Source: Actinomycetota bacterium (GTDB lineage Bacteria > Actinomycetota > UBA4738 > JACQTL01). From it: a DNA stretch of 64,000 nucleotides. Below the pieces are notes generated by a model. The model was not told the origin of the DNA. It did no database searches and worked only from the letters and a program-made list of their open reading frames with translations. Position 1 is the first letter of the stretch; every line of letters begins with the position of its first letter. Of the stretch, positions 37,351-46,902 are shown in pieces. The translations under genes and the position numbers were made by a program. The stretch spans positions 21,149 to 85,148 of the forward strand of contig DASWED010000062.1 of NCBI GenBank assembly GCA_036394995.1, in the 5' to 3' direction.

Positions 37351-38844
37351 TCACCCGGAGTGCGGTGCGGCGTCCTGCGGGGGAAGCTCTCGGTCGATGT
37401 GCCAGGGGCCGTCGGGGTCGGGGCGGGCCACCTCCAGGCGTGAGCCGTCGGACAGGCGGAGCCTGAAGCACAGGAACCGGACACCGGCCCGCTCCTCCCG
37501 CCAGGACCGTTCCACCTCGACCGGCTCCTCCACCCCGGCCAGCACGATGCTCCGGGGGACCTCGTCGGCGCGCGACCCGGCATAGCTCCGGACGTCGACG
37601 TCCACGGTCCGCCCGATCCACAGGGGGAGCACCGGGGCGTACAGCACGAACGCCAGCCCGATCACGAAGACCTCCACGGCCACGGCCGATTCCCGGACCA
37701 CCACGATGGCCAGGAGTGCGGCCACCACGCGGGCCATGTTCTGGGCCACGTCGTACACGGCGAACACCCGGCCGCGGTACCGGTCGGGCACGGACTGCTG
37801 GACCATCGTGTCGATCGGGACCTTCTTCCACGCGAACCCCAGCCCCAGGAAGAAGCTCGCCACCAGGACGGCCACGCCGGAGATGATCGGGGCCACCACC
37901 AGCAGCGGCACGCCGGACACCACGAACGCCACCGCCACCGCCCTGGGCCGCCCCACCCGGGCGTCCACCCAGGCCACGGTGGCCAGGCCCACGAAGCCAC
38001 CCACGGCCCCCGCCCCGATCAGGAACGAGTACGAGCCCACCCCCTCCTTGAATCGCTCCCGGAACACCACGAACGAGATGACCAGGATCAGGCCCTGGAG
38101 GAATTGGTCCCATGTGTACGATGTGATGGGTCCCAGGGCCCGCGGCGTGCGCAGCAGCCGCCGGGCGCCGTCGCGCAACTCGCCGGCCACCCGCACCACT
38201 GCCGCGGAGATCGTCTCCAGGCCCGCGCCGTTCGCCACGGCCGCCGAGAGCGGCGTCCGGATCCGTCGGACCATGAACGAGGCCGTCAGCCACAGGGCGC
38301 CGCACGCGAACAGCAGCGGGCGGAACCCGGCGAGGTCGGCCAGGAGCCCCCCGATGGACACCCCGATGATCGTGGAGACCGTCCCCCCCACCGAGTTCAT
38401 CGAGTTCGCCACCAGGAGGTCGTCGCCGAGGACCAGCTTGGGGGTCACGGTCCCGGCCGTGACCAGGAAGAACCGGTTCCCCGACAGCACGATGAGGGCT
38501 CCGGCGTAGAACGGCGCGAACTCGTGCTCCCCGGCCAGCAGGAGCAGCGCGGCGGCGGCCCGGACCAGCGGCGTCAGGGAGAGGATGCGCTCGCGCCGCC
38601 ACCGGTCCACGAGCACGCCGGCGAACGGCCCCAGCACCGAGTACGGGACGATGAGCACCGCGGTGGCCTTGGCGAAGCCGACGGCGGTGTCCTGCTTGTC
38701 CGGCCCGAACACCACCGAGGCCACGATCACGGCCTGGAACAGCCCGTCGGCCAGCTGGCTGACGATCCGGGTGGCGAACAGCCACCGGAAGTCGCGCGAC
38801 TCCAGGACCTCGCGGGCCCGGGCCAGCGTCGTTCCGCGTTTCAC
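37351..38844 (-). CDS. MFS transporter with C-terminal cytoplasmic extension
   Basis: About 12 TM segments. 'DRWRRERIL' MFS loop motif. Extra ~80-aa C-terminal domain. Confidence 0.75.
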   Translation of the reverse strand: MKRGTTLARAREVLESRDFRWLFATRIVSQLADGLFQAVIVASVVFGPDKQDTAVGFAKATAVLIVPYSVLGPFAGVLVDRWRRERILSLTPLVRAAAALLLLAGEHEFAPFYAGALIVLSGNRFFLVTAGTVTPKLVLGDDLLVANSMNSVGGTVSTIIGVSIGGLLADLAGFRPLLFACGALWLTASFMVRRIRTPLSAAVANGAGLETISAAVVRVAGELRDGARRLLRTPRALGPITSYTWDQFLQGLILVISFVVFRERFKEGVGSYSFLIGAGAVGGFVGLATVAWVDARVGRPRAVAVAFVVSGVPLLVVAPIISGVAVLVASFFLGLGFAWKKVPIDTMVQQSVPDRYRGRVFAVYDVAQNMARVVAALLAIVVVRESAVAVEVFVIGLAFVLYAPVLPLWIGRTVDVDVRSYAGSRADEVPRSIVLAGVEEPVEVERSWREERAGVRFLCFRLRLSDGSRLEVARPDPDGPWHIDRELPPQDAAPHSG

Positions 38845-38869
38845 GGCTCCCCCTCCACGGGGGGCGGCA

Positions 38870-39991
38870 CTACGCGGGCTGGACGTCGAAGAAGGCGGTC
38901 CAGTCGGCGCCCTTGGAGGCCCCGTTGCCGATGATGAACTCCTCGACCATCTCCCGGGCGGCCTCGTCGGAGAACTGCACCGGGGGCGACTTCATGAAGT
39001 AGGCCGAGGGCCCGATCAGCGGCCCGGCCACCCCGCGGTCCAGGGCCACCCGGGCGGCGCGGATCGCGTCGATCACGATCCCCGCCGAGTTCGGCGAGTC
39101 CCACACCTCGAGCTTCAGCTCGATGTTCAGCGGCACGTCGCCGAACGACTGGCCCTCCAGCCGGATCTGGGCCCACTTGCGGTCCTCCAGCCACGGCACG
39201 TGGTCCGACGGGCCGATGTGGATGTTCGACTTGTCCAGCGGCTCGCGGAGCTGCGACTGCACCGACTGCGTCTTGGACTGCTTCTTCGAGAGCAGGCGCT
39301 CTCGCTCCAGCATGTTCATGAAGTCCATGTTGCCGCCGAAGTTCAGCTGGTAGGTCCGGTTCAGCCGGACGCCGCGGTCCTCGAACAGCTTGGTGAGGAT
39401 GCGGTGCACGATCGTGGCGCCCACCTGGCTCTTGATGTCGTCGCCCACGATGGGGAGCCCCGCCTCGGCGAACTTCCGGGCCCACTCCACGTTCGACGCG
39501 ATGAACACCGGGATGCAGTTGACGAACGCGGCCCCGGCGTCGATGGCGGCCTGGGCGTAGAACTTCGTGGCCTCCTCGCTCCCCACGGGGAGGTAGGAGA
39601 CGACCACGTCCACCCCGGCTTCGCGGAGGGCCGCGGCCACGTCCACCGGCGGCGCGTCGGACTCCTCCACGGTCTCGCGGTAGTACTTGCCGAGGCCGTC
39701 GAGGGTCACCCCTCGCTGGACCTCCACGCCGAGGGGCGGCACGTCGGCGAAGCGGATCGTGTTGTTCGGCTCCGAGACGATGGCCTCGGAGACGTCCTTC
39801 CCGACCTTCTTGGCATCGACGTCGAACGCCGCGGCCACCTCGATGTCCGAGACGTGGTAGTCGCCCAGCAGGACGTGCATGAGGCCGGGGACCCGCTCGT
39901 CGGGCGGGGCGTCCTTGTAGTACTCCAGTCCCTGCACCAGCGACGAGGCGCAGTTGCCGACGCCCACGATGGCCAGACGGATCTTCTTCAC
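38870..39991 (-). CDS. ino1: myo-Inositol-1-phosphate synthase (actinobacterial/archaeal type)
   Basis: '[19 protein letters not shown]' Rossmann motif. Conserved '[17 protein letters not shown]', '[10 protein letters not shown]'. GTG at 39991 overlaps the padR stop (GTGA). Confidence 0.9.
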   Translation of the reverse strand: MKKIRLAIVGVGNCASSLVQGLEYYKDAPPDERVPGLMHVLLGDYHVSDIEVAAAFDVDAKKVGKDVSEAIVSEPNNTIRFADVPPLGVEVQRGVTLDGLGKYYRETVEESDAPPVDVAAALREAGVDVVVSYLPVGSEEATKFYAQAAIDAGAAFVNCIPVFIASNVEWARKFAEAGLPIVGDDIKSQVGATIVHRILTKLFEDRGVRLNRTYQLNFGGNMDFMNMLERERLLSKKQSKTQSVQSQLREPLDKSNIHIGPSDHVPWLEDRKWAQIRLEGQSFGDVPLNIELKLEVWDSPNSAGIVIDAIRAARVALDRGVAGPLIGPSAYFMKSPPVQFSDEAAREMVEEFIIGNGASKGADWTAFFDVQPA

Positions 39992-40683
39992 GATGCACGC
40001 TCCTTCGCACGAACCGTGTCCCCCGAACGGCGGTCGGTGCCGCCCGTCCGGGAACGTCCCCCGTTGGTTCCAGTTGGCTTCGCGGCCGGGCGGCGGCGGG
40101 CCCGGGGCTTGGGGCCACCCCCCGGGACCGGCTCGGCCGGCGGCGCCGACGACCCCGATGCGGGGGGCAGCTGGCGACGCTCGCTCTCGATGAGTCCGTC
40201 GAGCCACGCGATGTCCTGCTCGGTGGTCTCCGCTCCGTGGCGCATCAGCGACATGGTGTAGGCGTCGATGCGCTCGCGGTACGCCTTCAGCGACGACTTG
40301 ATGTCGGACAGGCGGTCCTCCAGGTAGGCCCGCCGCTTCTCCAGCAGGCGGAGCCGGGTGTCGGGCTTGAGGTACCGGAAGAAGGCCAGCCGGACCCGGA
40401 ACCGGTTGTCTTCCCACGACTCGGGGGCCGCCTCCTGGAGCAGCTCCGCGAACAGGGCCTCGCCCTTCGCCGTGATCCGGTACACGTTCTTGCGCCGGCC
40501 CACGTCGTCGGGGTCGAACACGGGCTCCACCGCACCCTCGCGCTCCAGGCGCTTCAGGGCCGGGTACAGAGAGCCGTAGGACACCTTCCAGAAGGCCCCC
40601 AGGGTGTCGGTGAGGCGCTTCGAGAGCTGGTATCCATGCATGGACCGCTCTTTCAGCAGTCCCAGGATCGCGAGCTCGAGCAT
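39988..40683 (-). CDS. PadR family transcriptional regulator with basic C-terminal tail
   Basis: Winged helix '[17 protein letters not shown]...[17 protein letters not shown]'. ATG at 40683 with a GGAAGAGGA Shine-Dalgarno. Confidence 0.8.
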   Translation of the reverse strand: MLELAILGLLKERSMHGYQLSKRLTDTLGAFWKVSYGSLYPALKRLEREGAVEPVFDPDDVGRRKNVYRITAKGEALFAELLQEAAPESWEDNRFRVRLAFFRYLKPDTRLRLLEKRRAYLEDRLSDIKSSLKAYRERIDAYTMSLMRHGAETTEQDIAWLDGLIESERRQLPPASGSSAPPAEPVPGGGPKPRARRRPAAKPTGTNGGRSRTGGTDRRSGDTVRAKERAS

Positions 40684-40704
40684 CGGTTCCTCTTCCCCTA
40701 CATG

Positions 40705-40750
40705 TCGGTTCGATATATCGGCTGCATATATCGAGTCGATATATTGTCTC
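40705..40750. promoter_or_regulatory. AT-rich triple motif (CGATATATCG / ATATATCG / CGATATATTG); candidate PadR operator in padR-ino1 promoter
   Basis: Three copies of an ATATAT-centred palindrome within 40 bp, 25-65 nt upstream of the padR start. The surrounding sequence is >70% GC. Confidence 0.4.
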
Positions 40751-40886
40751 ATGGATCGCCGAGCGTCAACTCCCCCCTCGGAGCTTCCCTCCGGCTCGGT
40801 CTCCTTGGCGGTGGCGGGCCGGTGGTGGTACACAGGCCCACCCGCCGGGACCAGTCCCCGGCCGTGACCAGGAAGGAAGCGCCCAC

Positions 40887-42332
40887 ATGGCCGTCGTTCC
40901 CCGGCTCCGACCCCGATCCGCCCGGACCCGTCTCGCCCGCCTCCTCGCCGTCGCCGGGGTGGGCGCCACCGCGACCGTCTCGATGCTCGTCGCCGCGCCC
41001 GGCGCCGGCGCGTCGTCGCCGATCGTGACGGTCGGGCCCAACGTCGACGTCTCGCTGAAGCGGGGAGGGCAGTCCGAGCAGGCCATCGCGATCGATCCCA
41101 CGAACCCCCAGAACCTGGTCGTGGTGTCGAACGAGGACCGCGCCGGCCCCGGGCTCCTGGAGTCCGTGAGCCACGACGGCGGGGCGACGTGGGCCCACCG
41201 CGACATCGCCACGACCCGGGACGGGTTCGGGTTCGGGTGCTGCGACCCCACGCTCTCGTGGGACGGGTTCGGCAACCTGTACTTCGGCTATCTCGAGTTC
41301 ACCTCCAGCTACGACCTCGTCTCCATCCTCATCTCCACCGACGCCGGAGAGTCGTGGTCCCGGCTGGCGTCGTTCCGGGGGCGGATCCGGACCACCGGCA
41401 CCAGCCGGTTCCAGGACCAGCCCACCGTGGCCTCCGGCGCGGGCTCGATCTGGGTGACGTACTTCCTGGCCCACCGCGGCGTGGTGGCGCGCGGCGCGCC
41501 GGTCACCGGCCTCGGACACGTGGGCGAGTTCACGGCGCCGGAGGTGGCTCCCCAGGCCCACCCCGGGAACTACGGCGACATCGCCATCGGCCCGGCCGGG
41601 CAGGTCATGGTGACGTACCAGATCCCGCAGAGCGGCGAGACCAAGGGTAAGGTCCGCGTCTCGACCGATCCCGACGGGCTCGGCCCGGCGCTGTTCGGCC
41701 CCCGGGTGAACATCGCCCTGACGAACGTCGGCGGGTTCGACTACCTCCCGGTGCAGTCGGGGCGGTCGGTGGACGCCGAGGCCGGGCTGGCCTGGGACCG
41801 CTCGGGCGGGCCCTTCACCGGGCGCGCCTACGTCATGTACACGCGCGAGGATCCGGACGAGAGCGACGACATGAACATCTGGCTCCGCTACTCCGACGAC
41901 GACGGCGCCACGTGGAGCGCGCCGGCCCGCCTCAACGACGACGCCGGCGTGAACAGCCAGATCCTGCCGAGGATCGCCCTGGACCAGACCACCGGGTGGC
42001 TGGCCGTGACGTGGCACGACGCGCGCAAGGACCGGGGCCTGGGCGGCGGCGGCGACACGAACGGGGTCCCCAACGACGACACCCAGTACTGGGGGACGGC
42101 GAGCCTGGACGGCGGACAGTCCTTCCTGAAGAACTTCCGGATCAGCGAGGGCACCTCGAACGACGACGACGCGATGAACGGCGTGGACTACGGGGACTAC
42201 AGCGGGCTCGCGTTCGTCGACGGGGCGTTCTACCCGGCGTGGGCCGACAACTCGAACTCAACGCACGTGAACCCCGACGGCAAGCTCTCGCTGTTCGACG
42301 TGGACACGGCCCGGGTCGAGCTCACCCCGTAG
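40887..42332 (+). CDS. Secreted BNR/Asp-box repeat glycosidase-like protein (sialidase superfamily)
   Basis: Signal peptide 'MAVVPRLRPRSARTRLARLLAVAGVGATA'. Asp boxes 'SHDGGATW', 'STDAGESW', 'SDDDGATW', 'SLDGGQSF'. Confidence 0.7.
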   Translation: MAVVPRLRPRSARTRLARLLAVAGVGATATVSMLVAAPGAGASSPIVTVGPNVDVSLKRGGQSEQAIAIDPTNPQNLVVVSNEDRAGPGLLESVSHDGGATWAHRDIATTRDGFGFGCCDPTLSWDGFGNLYFGYLEFTSSYDLVSILISTDAGESWSRLASFRGRIRTTGTSRFQDQPTVASGAGSIWVTYFLAHRGVVARGAPVTGLGHVGEFTAPEVAPQAHPGNYGDIAIGPAGQVMVTYQIPQSGETKGKVRVSTDPDGLGPALFGPRVNIALTNVGGFDYLPVQSGRSVDAEAGLAWDRSGGPFTGRAYVMYTREDPDESDDMNIWLRYSDDDGATWSAPARLNDDAGVNSQILPRIALDQTTGWLAVTWHDARKDRGLGGGGDTNGVPNDDTQYWGTASLDGGQSFLKNFRISEGTSNDDDAMNGVDYGDYSGLAFVDGAFYPAWADNSNSTHVNPDGKLSLFDVDTARVELTP

Positions 42333-42537
42333 GATCGCGCCGCTCGTTCCGCCACCGGTTCATCGCGGGCGCCGGCGCCCCGGTTGACCGCCTCCGAAAC
42401 CCAGATGTCGGTCCCTGCCCGATCTCGGGAATCTCCGCGTCATTACCGGGGTTCTCCCGGGTTCCCAGCATCTATCTCCGCCCGACCCTCGGCTCGACGG
42501 CACCGCACCGGCGGCGCCCCGAGCCGGGGAGGCGGAG

Positions 42538-43995
42538 ATGGGAACCAGAGGCACCATCATCGGGGGCGGGGTCGGACGGCTCCTGCGGACCACGGCGCTC
42601 GCCATCGTGACGGCGGTCCTCGCGCTGGGGCCGACCGGCGCGGACGCCCATGCCGCGCCGCTCGCCGCGCTGCGGGCGACGCAGCGCCCGAACATCGTGT
42701 TCATCCTCACCGACGATCAGCGGTGGGACACCCTGCAGTGGATGCCGAACGTGAAGCGCCTGCTCGTCGACCACGGGGTCACGTTCACGAACGCGTTCGT
42801 CCCGAACGGGCTGTGCTGCCCGAGCAGGGTCTCGATCCTCACGGGGCAGTACTCCCACACGAACGGCGTGTGGGACAACACCGCGCCGTTCGGCGGGTAC
42901 ACGGCGTTCCACGGCGATCACTCGACCATCGCCACGTGGCTGCACGCCGCCGGCTACGACACGGCGCTGATCGGGAAGTACCTGAACCAGTACAAGGCGG
43001 CGGCTGAGAGCGGCGACTACCCGCCCGGGTGGGACACCTGGATCTCGTTCGCGGAGAACAACGGCAAGTACACGGACTACGACCTCACCGTGAACGGGCA
43101 CCTCGAGGGGCACCACAACACCGACTGGATCCGCGACTTCTCGACGGACCTCCTGACCGACCGGGCCGTCCACTACATCCGGAACACGAGCGGACCGTTC
43201 TTCCTGTACTTCGCGCCGTTCGCGCCGCACGAGCCGTACGACGAGTTCCCCCCCGCGGATGAGTGCCCGGCGCTCCCCAAGTACGACTCCGAGTCGTTCG
43301 GCGAAGAGGACGTCTCCGACAAGCCCGCGTATGTGAACGACCGGGACTGGACGGCGAAGGACCTGCAGACGTCGGCGAGGATCCGAGCCGGCCAGTGCAG
43401 GATGCTGAGCGGCGTCGACCGCTCCGTCGCCAGGATCGTCTCGACGCTCGAGGCCACGAACCAGCTCTCGAACACCATGATCGTGTTCATGGGCGACAAC
43501 GGCTACATGTGGGGCGAGCACCGTCTCTTCCACAAGGGCAGGCCCTACGACGAGGCCAATCACATCCCGATGGTCGTGCGCTACGACCCGTGGACGAGCT
43601 CGCCGCGAACGGAGTCCCGGATCGCTCTGAACCTCGACATCGCTCCCACCTTCGCCGCGCTCGGGGACGCGAACGCACCCGGCGTGGAGGGCCGGAGCCT
43701 GGTCCCGCTGCTCAAGGGGGAGCAGGTGTCGTGGAGGCAGGCCTTCCTGCTCGAGCACACGGCCGACGCCGGAAAGGCGGACGTGCAGTCGCCCGATTAC
43801 TGCGGCCTGCGGTCCGTCAACTGGATGTACGCGATGTACCTGTGGGGGGCCGAGGAGCTGTACAATCTCCGCTCCGACCCGGCGGAGATGGTAAACCTGG
43901 CCAGGGTGCCCTCCGCCCAGGCACAGCTCAAGGCCATGCGCGAGGCGATGCTGCGACGGTGCGACCCGCTGCCGCCCCGCTTCCCCGAGCGGTGA
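42538..43995 (+). CDS. Secreted sulfatase (formylglycine-dependent arylsulfatase family)
   Basis: Signal peptide. 'IVFILTDDQRWD' and FGly motif 'CCPSRVSILTGQ' (CxPxR). 'GKYLNQY' AlkP-superfamily fold. Confidence 0.85.
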   Translation: MGTRGTIIGGGVGRLLRTTALAIVTAVLALGPTGADAHAAPLAALRATQRPNIVFILTDDQRWDTLQWMPNVKRLLVDHGVTFTNAFVPNGLCCPSRVSILTGQYSHTNGVWDNTAPFGGYTAFHGDHSTIATWLHAAGYDTALIGKYLNQYKAAAESGDYPPGWDTWISFAENNGKYTDYDLTVNGHLEGHHNTDWIRDFSTDLLTDRAVHYIRNTSGPFFLYFAPFAPHEPYDEFPPADECPALPKYDSESFGEEDVSDKPAYVNDRDWTAKDLQTSARIRAGQCRMLSGVDRSVARIVSTLEATNQLSNTMIVFMGDNGYMWGEHRLFHKGRPYDEANHIPMVVRYDPWTSSPRTESRIALNLDIAPTFAALGDANAPGVEGRSLVPLLKGEQVSWRQAFLLEHTADAGKADVQSPDYCGLRSVNWMYAMYLWGAEELYNLRSDPAEMVNLARVPSAQAQLKAMREAMLRRCDPLPPRFPER

Positions 43996-44084
43996 CGATC
44001 GCCGCCGGGCCCGAACGGCCCGCCGTTGCGGGGCACTCCTGCCCTGGCCGGCGTGGCAGACGAAGGTGATACCGTGTCCCGGAC

Positions 44085-46877
44085 ATGGTCCCCGCGCTGC
44101 AGCGTGGGCTCGTGGGGCGGGACCGGGAGACCGCCGAGGTCTCGTCGTTCACCGCCGGGATCGGCGGCGAGCGACTTGCTCTGGTGATCGAGGGCGAGCT
44201 GGGAATCGGCAAGACCCGGCTGCTCCACGAGGCCGTTCGTCGAGGGCGGGAGGCGGGCTTCCGGATCCTGTCCTCGTCGCCCGGTGCGGCCGACGCGAAG
44301 CTGTCGTTCTCGGGCCTGGGTGACCTGCTGTCCGAGGTGGTCGAGGATCCGGCCCTCGAGATCCCCGACCCGCAGCGCCGGGCCCTCGAGGTGGCGCTGC
44401 TGCTCCGAGACCCCGAGGGCGAGCCGCCCGGGGCGCTCGCGGTGGCACTCGCGGTCCGCTTGGCCCTGTGTGCGCTCTCGGAATTGACCCCCGTGCTGGT
44501 GGCGATCGACGACGCCCAGTGGTTCGACACCCCCTCGGCCGAGGCCGTCTCGTACGCCCTCCGGCGATTGGCCGGCTGCCGCGTGGCGATGATCGCGGCG
44601 GTGCGGACCGACCCGGACATCTCGGGGGAACCGGCGGTTGTGGCGGGCCTCGCCCGGGACACCGTTCGCCGCGTCCGTCCGGAGCCGCTGTCGCGGGAGG
44701 ACATGGGTCGCCTGCTCCGCTCCGAGCTCGGGCTGTCGCTGACAGCCGCCGAGCTCGTCCGCATCCACGGAGCGTGCGGCGGCAACCCCCTGTACTCCCT
44801 CGAGGTCGGCAGGATCCTTCCCGCCTCCGGCATCCTGCGACCGGACGAACCGGTGCCGATCCCCGGGGACCTCCGGGAGCTGGTCCGGGCGCGCCTGGAC
44901 GCGGTCCCCGTGGAGACGAGGGCGCTCCTGGTGGCGCTGGCCGCCGCCTCGGAGGCGAGCAGAGGGATGGTGGCCACCGCGCTCGCCCCGGACAGTCCAG
45001 ACGACGCGCTCGCCGGCGCGGCCGCGACCGGGATCCTGGAGCCGGGGGACCCCCCCGAACGGTTCGCGCATCCCCTGTTCGCCTCGGTGGTCTACGCGGA
45101 TGCTTCGCCGGCGGAACGCAGGGCAGTGCACCGGCGTCTGGCCGTCCTCGTGGAGGACCTGGAGGAACGAGCCCACCACCTGGCGCTCGCGGCCGCCGGT
45201 CCCGACTCGGTCGCGGCGGACGCGCTGGAGGAGGCCGCCCACGTCGCGCGGGGCCGGGGGGCCCCGTCCGCGGCCGCGGGCCTCGCCGAAGGGGCCCGGC
45301 GGCTGACACCGCCGGCACAGGCCGGGGATGCGGCCCGGAGGGCCCTGCTGGCGGCGGACTACCACCTCGACACCGGTCAGTTCCGGCGGGCCGGAGCGCT
45401 GCTCGACGACGTCCTCACCCTGGTCCCGAGCGGCCCCGTCCGCGGAGCCGCCCTGCAGCGACTGGGATGGGCCCGCTACCACGAGGAGAGCTGGGCGGCC
45501 GCGTCGGACCTGTTCCGCCAGGCCTCGAGCGAGGCGAGCGACGACCGCGCCCTCCTCGCCGCGCTCGATCTGGACACGAGCGTCGGCCGGCTGCTGACCG
45601 GTGACGTCCGGAGCGCAGCGGAAGCCTCCCGCTCGGCGCTACGTCGGGCCCACGACCTGGGCGACCCGGCCTTCCTCGCCGAAGCGACTGCCGTCGCCGC
45701 GAGCATCGACTTCCTCCTGGGTGCGGGCGTCGCCGACGACGTCATGGCGAACGCGGTGGGAATGGAGACGTGGACCCGTCCCCGCCCGACCATGCAGCAC
45801 CCGAGCGTCGCGTTCGGGGTCCTGCTGAAGTGGACGGACGAGCTGGACGCCGCACGCGGGCTGCTCGAGGCGGCCCGCCGCCGGGCGGAGGAGGTGGGCA
45901 CCGAGCGGTCCCTCCCGTTCATCCTGTTCCACCTGGCCGAGCTGGAGTGCTGGTCCGGACGCTGGGTGGTGGCCGAGGAGGAGGCCCGGTTGGCCGCCGA
46001 CATCGCGGAGCGGACCGGCCAGGGTCCCGGATCGGCGTTTGCCATGGCCGCGCGGGCGCTCGTGGCAGCGCTCCGGGGGGACGTCGATGAGGCGCGAGCC
46101 GTCGCGGCCCGGGGACTCGAGCTGGCCGGCCGGACGGGTGCCCTTCCGGCCGGCGTGATGCTCGAGGCTGTGCTGGGCTTTCTGGAGCTGTCGCTGGGCG
46201 ACGCGAACCGGGCCCACCGGCACCTGGGACCGCTCGTCGACCGCGTCGCCGCCGACGGCATCTTCGAGCCGGGCGCCGTGCGCCACCTGGGCGACGGGCT
46301 CGAGGTCCTCGTCCGGGTGGGGGACCTGGAGCGGGCGGGCCTGGTCACCGAGCAGCTGGCAGTTCGGTCCGGGGAGCTCGGCCGGGTGTGGGGCCTCGCC
46401 GTGGCCGCGCGGGTCCGCGGGCTGCTGCGGGCGGCGGAGGGCGACGTCGGCGCCGCCGGTGACGCGTTCGAGGAGGCCCTCGCCCATCAGGAGGCCCTGG
46501 GGCAGCCGTTCGAGCTCGCGCGAACCCTCGTGGCGGCCGGAACGGTGCGGCGGCGCGACCGGCAGAAGCGCGCGGCCCGCGAGCCCCTCGAACGGGCCCT
46601 CGAGATCTTCCAGGGGCTCGGCGCCGACCTGTGGGCCGAACGCACCCGCGAGGAGCTGGGCCGGGTCGGTGGCCGGACGTCGAACGTGCTGTCGCTCACG
46701 CCGACAGAGGACCGCGTCGCGCGGATGGTGGTCGACGGCGCGACGAACCAGGAGACGGCGGCGGCCCTGTTCCTGTCCGTGAAGACCGTGGAGTGGAACC
46801 TGTCCCGGATCTATCGCAAGCTCGGGATCCGGTCGCGGACCGAGCTGGCACGCTGGCTGAACGCCCCGCCATCCTGA
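44085..46877 (+). CDS. LAL-family transcriptional regulator (N-terminal AAA/NB-ARC ATPase, TPR-like middle, C-terminal LuxR HTH)
   Basis: 'LVGRDRETAEV', Walker A 'GELGIGKTRLL'. C-terminal 'LTPTEDRVARMVVDGATNQETAAALFLSVKTVEWNLSRIYRKLGIRSRTELARW'. Confidence 0.8.
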   Translation: MVPALQRGLVGRDRETAEVSSFTAGIGGERLALVIEGELGIGKTRLLHEAVRRGREAGFRILSSSPGAADAKLSFSGLGDLLSEVVEDPALEIPDPQRRALEVALLLRDPEGEPPGALAVALAVRLALCALSELTPVLVAIDDAQWFDTPSAEAVSYALRRLAGCRVAMIAAVRTDPDISGEPAVVAGLARDTVRRVRPEPLSREDMGRLLRSELGLSLTAAELVRIHGACGGNPLYSLEVGRILPASGILRPDEPVPIPGDLRELVRARLDAVPVETRALLVALAAASEASRGMVATALAPDSPDDALAGAAATGILEPGDPPERFAHPLFASVVYADASPAERRAVHRRLAVLVEDLEERAHHLALAAAGPDSVAADALEEAAHVARGRGAPSAAAGLAEGARRLTPPAQAGDAARRALLAADYHLDTGQFRRAGALLDDVLTLVPSGPVRGAALQRLGWARYHEESWAAASDLFRQASSEASDDRALLAALDLDTSVGRLLTGDVRSAAEASRSALRRAHDLGDPAFLAEATAVAASIDFLLGAGVADDVMANAVGMETWTRPRPTMQHPSVAFGVLLKWTDELDAARGLLEAARRRAEEVGTERSLPFILFHLAELECWSGRWVVAEEEARLAADIAERTGQGPGSAFAMAARALVAALRGDVDEARAVAARGLELAGRTGALPAGVMLEAVLGFLELSLGDANRAHRHLGPLVDRVAADGIFEPGAVRHLGDGLEVLVRVGDLERAGLVTEQLAVRSGELGRVWGLAVAARVRGLLRAAEGDVGAAGDAFEEALAHQEALGQPFELARTLVAAGTVRRRDRQKRAAREPLERALEIFQGLGADLWAERTREELGRVGGRTSNVLSLTPTEDRVARMVVDGATNQETAAALFLSVKTVEWNLSRIYRKLGIRSRTELARWLNAPPS

Positions 46878-46902
46878 CCCCCGCGGGTCGGCGCTCGAGA
46901 TC

